A DNA stretch of 64,000 bases from Candidatus Daviesbacteria bacterium (GTDB lineage: Bacteria; Patescibacteriota; Microgenomatia; Daviesbacterales; UBA10151), in NCBI GenBank assembly GCA_028715175.1, contig JAQUSJ010000001.1, positions 546,386 through 610,385 on the forward strand, in the 5' to 3' direction. Each line of letters opens with the position of its first letter. The stretch's first letter is position 1. Under the pieces are notes generated by a model. It ran no database searches. It saw only the letters and a list, made by a program, of their open reading frames with translations, and was not told where the DNA came from. Position numbers and translations under genes: made by a program. Below, piece after piece: positions 46,772 through 56,564 of the stretch.

Positions 46772-49327
46772 TTACAAAGCCACAGTAACACCAATTGAGG
46801 AAGAAAAACTTCCGCCGTTATTATCTTCCAAAGTTATCGTGATTGTATGCGAACCTTTATCGCCAACTGGAAATTCCACATGCAGAGCAAAGGGCTCGGA
46901 AGTTTGAGTTGATTTTACCCCGCCGTCTATCAACCATGTAACTTTTTTAACACCTGCAGGTGAGTTAGCCCTGGCCAAAACATCAAAAACCCTTGGTACG
47001 TTGGCGCCGTTACTCACATTCACAATCTCCACAACTCCACCTCCGCCGGCAGTAAATCCGGGCACTCCGGAACAACCTCTGGTAGCACCCACCAAACGGG
47101 CATCAGCAGCTGTCAAAACCCACTGGTCTATACCGGTCTGCCATTTATTTGCTCCGGTCGGATCGTCTTCTTTTAAGACCACTACATCTTTTTCCTCGTT
47201 ATCTTCGTTATCATTAGCCAACCGGTGAGGATTGCTTTTACAGACTTTCTGGCGCTGATAAGCGCTTGATTCGTTTTTCGGCTCGGTTCCGGCTATAAAG
47301 TATTCTTTTCTGGTTGGAGAACCTGTATGCGGCTTTCCGGTCATCAAGCCGTCTACTTCAACTTGCACAACGTCATCCGGTCTTGGAAACGATTCATTAG
47401 GACTATTTTTAAGCACGGCAGCCATAATTTTATTCCAGATAGGGGAGGCGCCTGTTACGCCGGAAGCAACAACAGGACTCATTATAGAATTATCATTGTT
47501 GCCAACCCAAACTCCCACAACAACAGACGGCGTATATCCGATTGTCCAATTATCTCTTTTTTCATCAGTTGTTCCGGTTTTAACTGCCACGGTTTTACCG
47601 GACACGTTTAGGACTGAATTTGAACCAAAGGCTGCTGTCCTGGCGCCATTGTCAGAAAGGATATCTGAAATAATAAAAGCAATACTCGGATCCAAAACTT
47701 CTCTTCCCGCTGACTCATGGAATTCGAAAAGGGTTTTACCTTTACTGTCTGTAACTTTCAAAATAGAAACAGGATCAAGCTGGCGACCCTGGTTGGCAAA
47801 AACTGAATAGGCCGAGGTTAAATCAAGAAGCCTGACTTCTCTGCCTCCCAAAACAAGACTTAAGCCAACTGAAGCTACATTTTCATCCGAAGGCTCCCAG
47901 GTTGTTAGACCCATTTGATAACCCAGCGACAGCACATCTTTTACTCCAACCAGGCCTAAGTTCTTAACAGCAGCAATATTGTATGAATTACCCAGGGCAT
48001 ACCTCATCTGAACAACTCCGTGATATTGACCGTCGTAATTAACAGGAATATAGGTAGGTTTATTACCTCCGGGAAACTCGGTTTTAACATCCATGTAAAC
48101 TTGATTTGCCGTATATCCCTTTTGCAAAGCTTTAGAGTAGGCGATCGGTTTGGTTGCAGAACCGGGTTGCCTTGGGCTGGTGGCTACATTTACATTAGGT
48201 TCAAAGCTGCAAGTTATTCCTTCTTTACACCCGTCAGGCGCAGATTTACCAAAATAATCCCTGCTTCCAACCATAGCAAGAATCTGGCCGGTTTTTGGAT
48301 CCAACACCACAGCTGCTCCATTACCAACTTTGGCTGATGATAAGTTATCTACTTCTTTTTTAACTATCTTCTCTGTTTGTTCCTGCAAATCATAATCCAG
48401 CGTGGTAGTTACCTTTAAACCTCCGCCTTCCACCATCTTGTCTCCGAATTGCTCGATTAGCTTCTCCTTCACATAAAGAACAAAATGAGGCGCCTTGAAA
48501 CCCTGTTCACTTTGGCCTGTCCTGTAAATCAACTGCTCCGCTGTTGCTGTCGTAGCTTGATTTTCCGTAATAAACTTATCTTCAACCATCCTGTTCAAAA
48601 CTTCTTTTTGCCTGACTTGCGCCAGCTCAGGATGGCTGCCGTAGGGTGAGTAAACAGAAGGACGCTGAGGCAAACCTGCCAAAAGGGAGGCTTCCGCAAG
48701 ATCCAAATCCTTAGCGGATTTTCCAAAATATAAATTAGCTGCAGCCTCAATTCCGTAAGCTGTCCCGCCATAAGGAATTTCGTTCAAGTACATCTCTAAA
48801 ATTTCATCCTTAGAGTAAGTGCGTTCTACCTGCACTGCCAGAATGAATTCCTTAAGTTTCCGGGTTAGAGTCCTCTCACCGGAAAGCAAAGCATTTTTAA
48901 CCAGCTGTTGAGTCAACGTAGATCCACCTTCAACCCGACGGTGAATCACCAGTTCAAAAACAGACCTGATAATACCGGTAATAGAAAAACCGGAATGTTT
49001 GTAGAAATCCTTATCCTCAATAGCAATGGTCGCTTCTTTGACATATTCAGGGATTTCGGCTAATTTTATGGGGGTCCTGTTTTGGTTTTGGTAAATGTCA
49101 TAAAGCAATTGTCCTTTTCTATCATAAATTTTGGTGGCCTGGGCAATGTCGCGGTTTGATAAATCGGAAGGATTGGGTATTTGAGTTGCAAAAAAAATTA
49201 CGGATCCAAAAAGGAGCAACAAAAAACCTACTACAATAACCAGCATTCCGGTAGATAAATTTGATAAAAACTTAAACTTCCAGATCCTTTTATTTTCCTG
49301 TCTAGTTTTCCACGAACCCGGGGTCAT
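46772..49327 (-). CDS. Class A penicillin-binding protein (PBP1A family) with C-terminal Ig-like domain
   Basis: EDKDFYKH, GGSTLTQQL, RKLKE, SATK, SYN and KTG motifs. Confidence 0.95.
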   Translation of the reverse strand: MTPGSWKTRQENKRIWKFKFLSNLSTGMLVIVVGFLLLLFGSVIFFATQIPNPSDLSNRDIAQATKIYDRKGQLLYDIYQNQNRTPIKLAEIPEYVKEATIAIEDKDFYKHSGFSITGIIRSVFELVIHRRVEGGSTLTQQLVKNALLSGERTLTRKLKEFILAVQVERTYSKDEILEMYLNEIPYGGTAYGIEAAANLYFGKSAKDLDLAEASLLAGLPQRPSVYSPYGSHPELAQVRQKEVLNRMVEDKFITENQATTATAEQLIYRTGQSEQGFKAPHFVLYVKEKLIEQFGDKMVEGGGLKVTTTLDYDLQEQTEKIVKKEVDNLSSAKVGNGAAVVLDPKTGQILAMVGSRDYFGKSAPDGCKEGITCSFEPNVNVATSPRQPGSATKPIAYSKALQKGYTANQVYMDVKTEFPGGNKPTYIPVNYDGQYHGVVQMRYALGNSYNIAAVKNLGLVGVKDVLSLGYQMGLTTWEPSDENVASVGLSLVLGGREVRLLDLTSAYSVFANQGRQLDPVSILKVTDSKGKTLFEFHESAGREVLDPSIAFIISDILSDNGARTAAFGSNSVLNVSGKTVAVKTGTTDEKRDNWTIGYTPSVVVGVWVGNNDNSIMSPVVASGVTGASPIWNKIMAAVLKNSPNESFPRPDDVVQVEVDGLMTGKPHTGSPTRKEYFIAGTEPKNESSAYQRQKVCKSNPHRLANDNEDNEEKDVVVLKEDDPTGANKWQTGIDQWVLTAADARLVGATRGCSGVPGFTAGGGGVVEIVNVSNGANVPRVFDVLARANSPAGVKKVTWLIDGGVKSTQTSEPFALHVEFPVGDKGSHTITITLEDNNGGSFSSSIGVTVAL

Positions 49328-49446
49328 GTAGTGATTATAGCAGAAATTAGGTATAATACACTTGTTACGAGATAGAGATCATAATGGACTTTTCAGTAGA
49401 TTGACTAAATAATAGTTTGAGGTATGGACAGAAAAATCCAAATGAT

Positions 49447-49529
49447 CCGGAGGTGGCAGAGTGGCCAATTGCAGCTGACTGTAAATCAGCCGGGATTTCC
49501 CTGCGAGGGTTCGAATCCTTCCCTCCGGA
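49447..49529 (+). tRNA. tRNA-Tyr(GTA) with C1-G72
   Basis: CCGGAGG...CCTCCGG-A acceptor, GCTGA-CTGTAAA-TCAGC anticodon arm and a short variable arm. Confidence 0.93.
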
Positions 49530-49658
49530 CTTTGTAAAATTTGACCAGTCTAGTACTGGACAAATTTTTGCAATTTCGAGGATTAAGGATTTGAAGAGCG
49601 CACTTGCTTGCAAGTAAGTCTGTTCGTTCTTTTTGGCTCTTGTCAAAAAGGGTATATC

Positions 49659-49676
49659 ATCCTCCCCTCCGGACTT
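49659..49676 (+). repeat. Duplicated tRNA-Tyr 3' end
   Basis: ATCCTCCCCTCCGGACTT matches 49515-49532 at 17/18. Confidence 0.8.
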
Positions 49677-49704
49677 AAAATGTTATAATTATCATATAAA
49701 TAAT

Positions 49705-49962
49705 ATGGGTGGAAATAATTGTGAATTCCGAACAGGCTGTCCTTATAAAAGAGAATTTTTACTCCGGGATAAATGCGCAATGGGATCAGACGATAATGAT
49801 TCATCCAGTGCTGTAGAAACCTGTGGTCGTGTACTATCTGAACTGTTGCTTGGTAATAGACTCCTACGAAGAGGAACCAAAGATACAAGAGGTTGCGTTC
49901 CTCGTGTAGCGTCAGATGGTTCGTACTCTATAACTTTTAATCGACCTCCACGAGAGGATTAA
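49705..49962 (+). CDS. Small Cys-rich hypothetical protein
   Basis: ATG at 49705; five Cys residues. Confidence 0.45.
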   Translation: MGGNNCEFRTGCPYKREFLLRDKCAMGSDDNDSSSAVETCGRVLSELLLGNRLLRRGTKDTRGCVPRVASDGSYSITFNRPPRED

Positions 49963-50077
49963 AATCCTCTGCTCCCCATAGACTTAAACTCTAGCAACAC
50001 CCCCAGTTAAACCAATGTTAAAAGTTGACAAATTTAAGGAACTTGGAGTAGTGTAAAATTACAAAGATAACCCGAAA

Positions 50078-51238
50078 ATGCAAAGAGGAATTGCTACTTT
50101 TACACTAGACTGGGGAACCTGCCCTAAATGGCTTTTTGAAAGAATGGTCCGTTTGGGCAGGGAAATAACCAGGGTTTTGATCGAAGAATATGGCCCGGAT
50201 GAGTTTATCAAAAGAATTGCTGACCCTGTCTGGTTTCAAAGTTTAGGCACAGTTTTAGCCTTTGACTGGAATGCCTCGGGACTAACAACAATACTTACAG
50301 CAGCTCTCAAAGAGGCTATAAGGGGAGAGGAGCAGCATTTTGGGATTTTTATTTGTGGAGGCAAAGGTAAAACTTCCCGCAAAACTCCTGATGAAATTCT
50401 GAGATGGGGTGAAAGATTAAATCTACCTCCAGCTCATGCTAACAACTTAGTTTATAACTCCAGAATGTCTGCCAAAGTTGACTCTTCTCTTATCCAGGAC
50501 GGTTTTCAAATCTATCACCACAGTTTCTTTTTCTCTAATCCGCCGACTGGCGGAGGTGTCTGGGCAGTTGTTCAGCAAGGGATGAATACAGGTAATCTTA
50601 CTGCCAGAAGGTACCATTGGTACTCGGAAAATATTGATGATTTAGTTTGCGAACCTCACTCCGGCATCGTTACTCAAGCTGCTCAAAACGAGGTTTTAAA
50701 TTTAACTGCCAAAGCTAGTACCAAAACCCGAAACTTAAGCACGCAGTTAGTTTCTAACGGTTACCAGACTCTAATAAAAGATATTGAACTTTTAAGAAAA
50801 CATTCATCAAAGTTAAGCAAAATGATGAAAGTATCTATAAAAGGAGAGGAGCTGACTTTGTTAAAACTGGCAGGCAGTGAATTTCATCACCATCCGGTGG
50901 AAGATGAAGATTTCTGGGATAGTCCATATCTTAAAAAGATTCTGGAAAGATTATCAGGGGAAAAGCCCAAAACCTATGAAAGTCTTCTGGGAAGCCGAGG
51001 GGTGGGGCCAAAAACTATCAGGGCTTTAAGCTTGGTTTCAGAAGTAATTTATGGGGCCACACCTTCTTATGAAGACCCTGCCCGCTATAGTTTTGCCCAC
51101 GGCGGAAAAGATGCCACTCCTTATCCGGTAGACCGGCCAACCTATGATTCGACAATTGAAACTTTAAGAAAAGTGGTGATTAAATCAAGAATCAACCCTT
51201 GGGAAAAGGACAAAGTGCTGAGACGTCTGTCTCACTAA
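50078..51238 (+). CDS. DUF763 domain protein
   Basis: DPVWFQSLG..L.FDW..SG.TT, QQGMN and S.AHGGKD motifs. Confidence 0.85.
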   Translation: MQRGIATFTLDWGTCPKWLFERMVRLGREITRVLIEEYGPDEFIKRIADPVWFQSLGTVLAFDWNASGLTTILTAALKEAIRGEEQHFGIFICGGKGKTSRKTPDEILRWGERLNLPPAHANNLVYNSRMSAKVDSSLIQDGFQIYHHSFFFSNPPTGGGVWAVVQQGMNTGNLTARRYHWYSENIDDLVCEPHSGIVTQAAQNEVLNLTAKASTKTRNLSTQLVSNGYQTLIKDIELLRKHSSKLSKMMKVSIKGEELTLLKLAGSEFHHHPVEDEDFWDSPYLKKILERLSGEKPKTYESLLGSRGVGPKTIRALSLVSEVIYGATPSYEDPARYSFAHGGKDATPYPVDRPTYDSTIETLRKVVIKSRINPWEKDKVLRRLSH

Positions 51239-51257
51239 CAGATTAGGAAGATCTTGT

Positions 51258-53063
51258 CTATCTGCATACCGGAGTTTTAACCCGGCCAAATTTTTGGCCT
51301 AAACGTAAAACTAAAGTCAGAAAAAAGTAATAAAATTTTCCATGGTAGTGTTTTGAGGATTCTATTAAATGCTCGTTAGCTTTTTCCTGACCAATCCTTT
51401 TGGTGGAACCACCATGGAAATGGATAAATTTGGCTGATGGAACAAAATAAATCGGTATCCCAAAGGCTTTAAGCCTCCTGGCATACTCAATATCCTCAAA
51501 GAAGATAAATGTTTCCTCGTTCAATAAACCAACCCTGTTTAAAATTTTTCTCGGAATTAAAAGACACGCCATTACCAATCCTTCAACTTTATACCACCTG
51601 GGAGGTGGGCTTTGACTCCTCCCAGGTGAATCAGGCAAAAACATGAAATATGAACCTTTTTGGGCAAGGAAATATTCTTTAAAAGCACCAGATAAAGTAG
51701 GGAGATGAAAAGCAGAGTCTTGGTCACTCGTGTCCGGAAACACTAATTTTCCACCCAAAACAGCGCTACCTCCAAATTCATCTTCAGCTTTTACCAACTC
51801 CGAAATCCCGTTTTTTAAAACTTCTATATCAGAATTAAACATCAAGTAATATTCACCCAGGGAAAACCTGATTGTCTTGTTATAACCTTTGGTAAACCCC
51901 TCATTCTCTTGATTTTGTAAATATTTAATCTTGGGCAGAAACTCTTTGATGACATCCTTGCAAGGATCAGTTAAACCATTATCCAAAACAATCACTTCCA
52001 TGTCACTGGGGCGAAAGCCGGAATCTATATTAAAAATACTTTCTAAAAGTTTCTTAGTTAGATCTGGCGTATTGTAATTAACTATGCCTATCGACAGCTT
52101 AAGCGGATACTCTGCATTCCCACTCGTCAAGTGGGAAGCTAAATTTCCATTACCTGTTACCCCTAAATAAAAATCCAAAATACCTCTTCTTTGAACAGGC
52201 CTGCCAAAAATCAAAAGCTTAACCGCCTCTCGAACCAGGGCAAATCTGGTCCTCAATCTTCCGTATTGCATGCCAAAAATTAACCTGTTCCTGGTGTGAT
52301 AATAATCTGTTATCTTGGAACCAATGCCGGTTGAGCTGGAAACTTTGTGGTAAACCGCTACTTGACCATTGTAGTAAGTTTTGAATCCATTGTCTTTGGC
52401 TCTTTTTACAAAATCACTATCCTCAAAATACAGAAAATATCTCTCATCAAATCCGCTCTCCGGCGGAGCGATTTTTTCCATGACTTCTTTTTTAATCAGG
52501 ACGCATGCACCGCTAATGATTTCCGCCTCTTCAACCTTATCGTATTGTCCCTTATCTACCTCATCAATTCCGCGGTGAATGGAGCCGATATTATCCCAGT
52601 CAAATCTTCCTCCCGCATACCAGATAATCCGGCCTGAATCCTGCTTCTTGTACCTGTCCCTATGAAACTCAAAACCAGGTGCAAAGTAAATCTTGGGGGA
52701 AACCAGACCAATTTTAGGATCAAACTGCGCTGTTTTCACCAGTTCTGAAGTTAAATTAGAATCTTTTATCAAACAGTCATTGTTGATGAGTAAAAAATAA
52801 TCTGCCCCCCAAATTCTGGCATATTCAACGCCTCGGTTGTAACCGCCAGCAAATCCCAAATTTTCTCCGGTTTGTAAAATATCAACCTCCGTAAATCTTT
52901 TTCTGATCTCAGAAACACTTCCATCCCAAGAGCCATTATCTACCACAATAGTTCGTAGTTTGTAGTTTGTAGTTTGTAGTTTGCCAAGAGATTCCAGAAA
53001 TTCCAGCGTATCTTTTTTACCATTATAATTTACAGTAATAATTGCAATTTTAGTCATATTCAT
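51258..53063 (-). CDS. Glycosyltransferase family 2, two tandem GT2 domains
   Basis: Two VNYN...DNG...N.GF..G.N...F.YFED-type units. Confidence 0.9.
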   Translation of the reverse strand: MNMTKIAIITVNYNGKKDTLEFLESLGKLQTTNYKLRTIVVDNGSWDGSVSEIRKRFTEVDILQTGENLGFAGGYNRGVEYARIWGADYFLLINNDCLIKDSNLTSELVKTAQFDPKIGLVSPKIYFAPGFEFHRDRYKKQDSGRIIWYAGGRFDWDNIGSIHRGIDEVDKGQYDKVEEAEIISGACVLIKKEVMEKIAPPESGFDERYFLYFEDSDFVKRAKDNGFKTYYNGQVAVYHKVSSSTGIGSKITDYYHTRNRLIFGMQYGRLRTRFALVREAVKLLIFGRPVQRRGILDFYLGVTGNGNLASHLTSGNAEYPLKLSIGIVNYNTPDLTKKLLESIFNIDSGFRPSDMEVIVLDNGLTDPCKDVIKEFLPKIKYLQNQENEGFTKGYNKTIRFSLGEYYLMFNSDIEVLKNGISELVKAEDEFGGSAVLGGKLVFPDTSDQDSAFHLPTLSGAFKEYFLAQKGSYFMFLPDSPGRSQSPPPRWYKVEGLVMACLLIPRKILNRVGLLNEETFIFFEDIEYARRLKAFGIPIYFVPSAKFIHFHGGSTKRIGQEKANEHLIESSKHYHGKFYYFFLTLVLRLGQKFGRVKTPVCR

Positions 53064-53075
53064 AAATCATAAATC

Positions 53076-53993
53076 TTAAATCACTTTTAAACCTTCCAAA
53101 TAAACTCTGGCCCTTTTAGTTTTCCCTAAAACAGAAAAGGCGATTATTCTCAAGAGTAAACCGATGATTAAAAATAGTTTTACCAACCAATAAAAAGTTC
53201 TATAATGTTTTTTCAAATAAAACTTAATGCCTTTTAATTCATTGATAAAACTGGAACTTAAGTCAAAACTTGTGCTGGCTCCATGGAGATGAACCACCTC
53301 AATACGAGGAACATACCAAATTTTAAACTTGGCATCCTTGATTCTTTTACACCATTCTACTTCTTCCATATGCATAAATAAATTCTCGTCAAAACCGCCA
53401 ACTTTACTGTAAATTTCTCTTTTCAGCATAAAAAAAGCGCCCATAACCCAACCAACTTGATGAGCTTTGGAGAAAAACTTTCTATCTCTTGGATGAAAAG
53501 AAGCAGCCAATCTGTTGATGAAAGGTATTAGACTTAAACCAAAAATCCAAAAAAATATATTTAAAGGGGTAGGCAAATTACCGCAACTCGGCTGAAGTTC
53601 TCCGCTTGCATAATTTAATCTGGCGCCCAGGGAGTCGCAATTTAAATTAACCCTAAAGTAAGCCAGCGCTTTATATAAACTCTCTTCCTCAACGTAAACA
53701 TCGGAATTAAGCAGTAGAATATACGGATACTTAGACTGCCTCAAACATACATTATTTCCCTTGCTAAATCCCAGATTTTCCTTTGAAATAATCAATTTTA
53801 CCCGGGGATATTCTGATTTTATAAGACCAACTGAACCGTCGGAAGATCCGTTATCCAAAACTATCACTTCAATTTTATTACCCAGTCTTTTTTCACAATA
53901 GCTTTTGGCTTGCTCAAGCTTAATAAGACACCTGCGAGTTATGTCTTTTGTATTAAAGCTCAAAATGATAACTGATAAATCTAAATTATTCAT
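53076..53993 (-). CDS. Glycosyltransferase family 2
   Basis: DNGSSDGS, NLGFSKGNN and LLNSD motifs. Confidence 0.92.
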   Translation of the reverse strand: MNNLDLSVIILSFNTKDITRRCLIKLEQAKSYCEKRLGNKIEVIVLDNGSSDGSVGLIKSEYPRVKLIISKENLGFSKGNNVCLRQSKYPYILLLNSDVYVEEESLYKALAYFRVNLNCDSLGARLNYASGELQPSCGNLPTPLNIFFWIFGLSLIPFINRLAASFHPRDRKFFSKAHQVGWVMGAFFMLKREIYSKVGGFDENLFMHMEEVEWCKRIKDAKFKIWYVPRIEVVHLHGASTSFDLSSSFINELKGIKFYLKKHYRTFYWLVKLFLIIGLLLRIIAFSVLGKTKRARVYLEGLKVI

Positions 53994-54936
53994 ATCTTAA
54001 CCCTGTAATTATCCTAAATTTTCTGTAATGCTCCAAAAGTTTAATTCCCCAAAGTACAAAATCACGGAATAGGGGAGGATATTTTTTGTAGTAGTGTTTT
54101 TTATAAAAAATCCTCATGGCAGAAACACCATGAACGGCAATTTTTAACCTTTTTTCTTTACTCACTTTTAACGCCGCTGTTTTCCAAAGACCCGAAGATG
54201 AACCTTTATAATGAATGATTTTTACTTCAGGATAAAAATAAATCTTCCAGCCTTTCATCTTTAGGCAGTAACAAAACTCGATATCCTCACCATTCCAGAA
54301 ATAATCCGTATCCCACCAGTTAATTTGATCTCCGGCAATTTTTCTAACCAGCAGAAATGCCCCTGTTGCACAGTCAATCTCGTGGGCTTTTCTAACGTCA
54401 AGATAAGAAACGGTATATCCGGAAAAAATAGGGGAGCGAGGAAAGAGTTTGGAAAGACCGGAAAAAAACATCAATGAATTCCATGGGGTAGGAAAACCCC
54501 TGTGACAGGAATAATCCAGTCTTCCGTCCGGTAATTCAACTCTACAAGTTAAAGCCCCATAATCGGGGTTGGAAAACAAAACTTCCAGCGATTTTTGGAT
54601 TACATGATCCACTATAACCGTATCCGGATTCAAAAATAAAACAACAGGAGCTTTGGCATATTTAACCCCTACATTGTTTCCGGCAGCGAATCCTAAATTC
54701 TCTCTATTTTCCACCAATTCAACTACGTTCCCACTTGACGAGTGGGAAGCTGTTTTGTATTTTTCTTTTACGGCTTCTACTGACCCATCAGAAGAAGCAT
54801 TATCCACCACAATTACCTGCCATCTATCCAGTTCACCTTTGCTTTGGAAAATAGATTCCAGACACCTCAGTAGCAGATCTTTGACATTATAGTTTAGGAT
54901 AATGATGGACAGCTCAGGATTTTCTAGACTTACCAT
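53986..54936 (-). CDS. Glycosyltransferase family 2 (rhamnosyltransferase-like)
   Basis: VDNASSDGS, NLGFAAGNN and LNPDT motifs. Confidence 0.92.
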   Translation of the reverse strand: MVSLENPELSIIILNYNVKDLLLRCLESIFQSKGELDRWQVIVVDNASSDGSVEAVKEKYKTASHSSSGNVVELVENRENLGFAAGNNVGVKYAKAPVVLFLNPDTVIVDHVIQKSLEVLFSNPDYGALTCRVELPDGRLDYSCHRGFPTPWNSLMFFSGLSKLFPRSPIFSGYTVSYLDVRKAHEIDCATGAFLLVRKIAGDQINWWDTDYFWNGEDIEFCYCLKMKGWKIYFYPEVKIIHYKGSSSGLWKTAALKVSKEKRLKIAVHGVSAMRIFYKKHYYKKYPPLFRDFVLWGIKLLEHYRKFRIITGLRYE

Positions 54937-54983
54937 GTAGGAATTATTGTATAACGACAGAAGTTTAATTACCAATCTAGAAT

Positions 54984-55012
54984 TTGACAAATTACCCTAT
55001 AAGCATTAACAT
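54984..55012 (+). promoter_or_regulatory. Sigma70-type promoter (probably leaderless)
   Basis: TTGACA-17nt-TAACAT, 8 nt before the ATG at 55021. Confidence 0.6.
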
Positions 55013-55020
55013 TCGCTATC

Positions 55021-55734
55021 ATGCCAACAGAAAGACCAGCGCTTACAAAAGAACAAGTTGCTCAGGCGGAAAGCAGGATAGGAATCACTCATCCTGTGCT
55101 TACTGTAATAGAAAACCATCTTCCTACACTCATTCAGCTCAGTAACGATTATCCCAAAACAAGCGATAATCAAGGACAAAGTCAATATATAAGAGAGCAT
55201 TACGGATTCCTGGCTGATGCATTTGTAGAAGCAGGTCCATACACTCTTGAACCACTCGATCTCATTGCAATTTGGTCTCGCGTAACAAGAGGAGTATTTC
55301 CATTATACGCCCGATACAGACTAGCTGGTATGGTTTCAAGTATCTATGCAATTCAAGGTGTTGAAAACCCAGAGTGGAGAAAATTCCCGAGACATTATCT
55401 TGAAACAGGTGAGTTACCTGAATGTGTCACAAGAGATAGAGGCGGATTACTATATGTGCAAAGTAGATTAAGACAGATTGGCGAAAGCCTAGAAGATATA
55501 GATTTCTATATTTATGGTACTAGAGAACCAGCTATGTCTTATGCCTTCCAGCTAGCCAAAAGAGAGGCAGAGGGCGACGAGGAGGCAAAGAAAAAGCTAG
55601 AAGCTTTGATACTTCATGAAAAAACTCATACGACACCGATATTAAGCGAACTTCTTGAGAATTTTGGCAATGGCTATGTGTCTCTCTACTGGCCAATCGA
55701 GAAGACCTTAGGAGTTCTAATTGAGACTACCTAA
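55021..55734 (+). CDS. Hypothetical protein
   Basis: 237-aa ORF with its own promoter. Confidence 0.65.
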   Translation: MPTERPALTKEQVAQAESRIGITHPVLTVIENHLPTLIQLSNDYPKTSDNQGQSQYIREHYGFLADAFVEAGPYTLEPLDLIAIWSRVTRGVFPLYARYRLAGMVSSIYAIQGVENPEWRKFPRHYLETGELPECVTRDRGGLLYVQSRLRQIGESLEDIDFYIYGTREPAMSYAFQLAKREAEGDEEAKKKLEALILHEKTHTTPILSELLENFGNGYVSLYWPIEKTLGVLIETT

Positions 55735-56137
55735 CTCTGTGGCGGCGTTTGACCCTAAGTTGGGCCAGGGATTTTTGCAGATTTGCAAAAGTCTCTGCAT
55801 ATTCTTCATCAGATAAAGTTTGGGTTAATGCTACCTCAGCCCGTTTTTTGGCTTCTTCAACAGCTCGTTCATCTATATCTGTGGCATAAGTTGCCAGATC
55901 TGTCATCACAGTCAAAGTATTATCCGCCACCTGCAAAAACCCGTCTCCGATTGCCATGGAATCTGCTTTGCCGTTTTTTTTAATCACCAGTTCTCCGGGT
56001 GAGAGCCTGGCCATCAAATTAGCATGATGGGGGAGTATGCCGATTTGCCCTTGCTGGGTTGAAACATTAACTTGTGAGACTTCCTCATCAAAAATAAGAC
56101 TTTCAGGAGTAACAATTTTCAACTGTAGCGAAGCCAT
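55727..56137 (-). CDS. atpC: ATP synthase F1 epsilon subunit
   Basis: LKIVTPE, G.IGILPHHA and GFLQV motifs. Confidence 0.95.
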   Translation of the reverse strand: MASLQLKIVTPESLIFDEEVSQVNVSTQQGQIGILPHHANLMARLSPGELVIKKNGKADSMAIGDGFLQVADNTLTVMTDLATYATDIDERAVEEAKKRAEVALTQTLSDEEYAETFANLQKSLAQLRVKRRHRVR

Positions 56138-56171
56138 ATATGATATTATACATTATTGTCTGGTGCGAAAT

Positions 56172-56540
56172 ATGAACATTCATACTTGCGAAGCAATTAT
56201 TGTCACCTGTATAGATTTTCGGTTTCAGGAATATATAAACAATTGGATTGCGGAAAATTTTGCAGCTAAAACATATGATAGGGTAGCAATAGCAGGAGGG
56301 GTATTTGATTTGGATTATATGTTAAAACAAGTGGATATCTCACGCACGCTGCACCATATTAAAAAAGTTATTTTAATAAACCACGAAGACTGTGGAGCAT
56401 ACGGAGAAGAAGGAACCCATGAACGGCATATCCAGGACTTGGAAGTTGCAAAAAATCAAATAGTAAATCTTGATAAAAACTTAAAGGTAGAAACAATTTA
56501 TCTTCACCTTGACAGCACTTTTGAAAAAGTCTCCAGCTAG
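56172..56540 (+). CDS. Beta-class carbonic anhydrase-like protein
   Basis: CIDFR and HEDCGAY Zn-ligand motifs. Confidence 0.8.
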   Translation: MNIHTCEAIIVTCIDFRFQEYINNWIAENFAAKTYDRVAIAGGVFDLDYMLKQVDISRTLHHIKKVILINHEDCGAYGEEGTHERHIQDLEVAKNQIVNLDKNLKVETIYLHLDSTFEKVSS

Positions 56541-56564
56541 TTCAGATAAAAACGAGTTAATTAC

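Noticed and set aside
49365-49646. ORFs spanning tRNA-Tyr
   Set aside because: tRNA shadow frames with no protein-like features.
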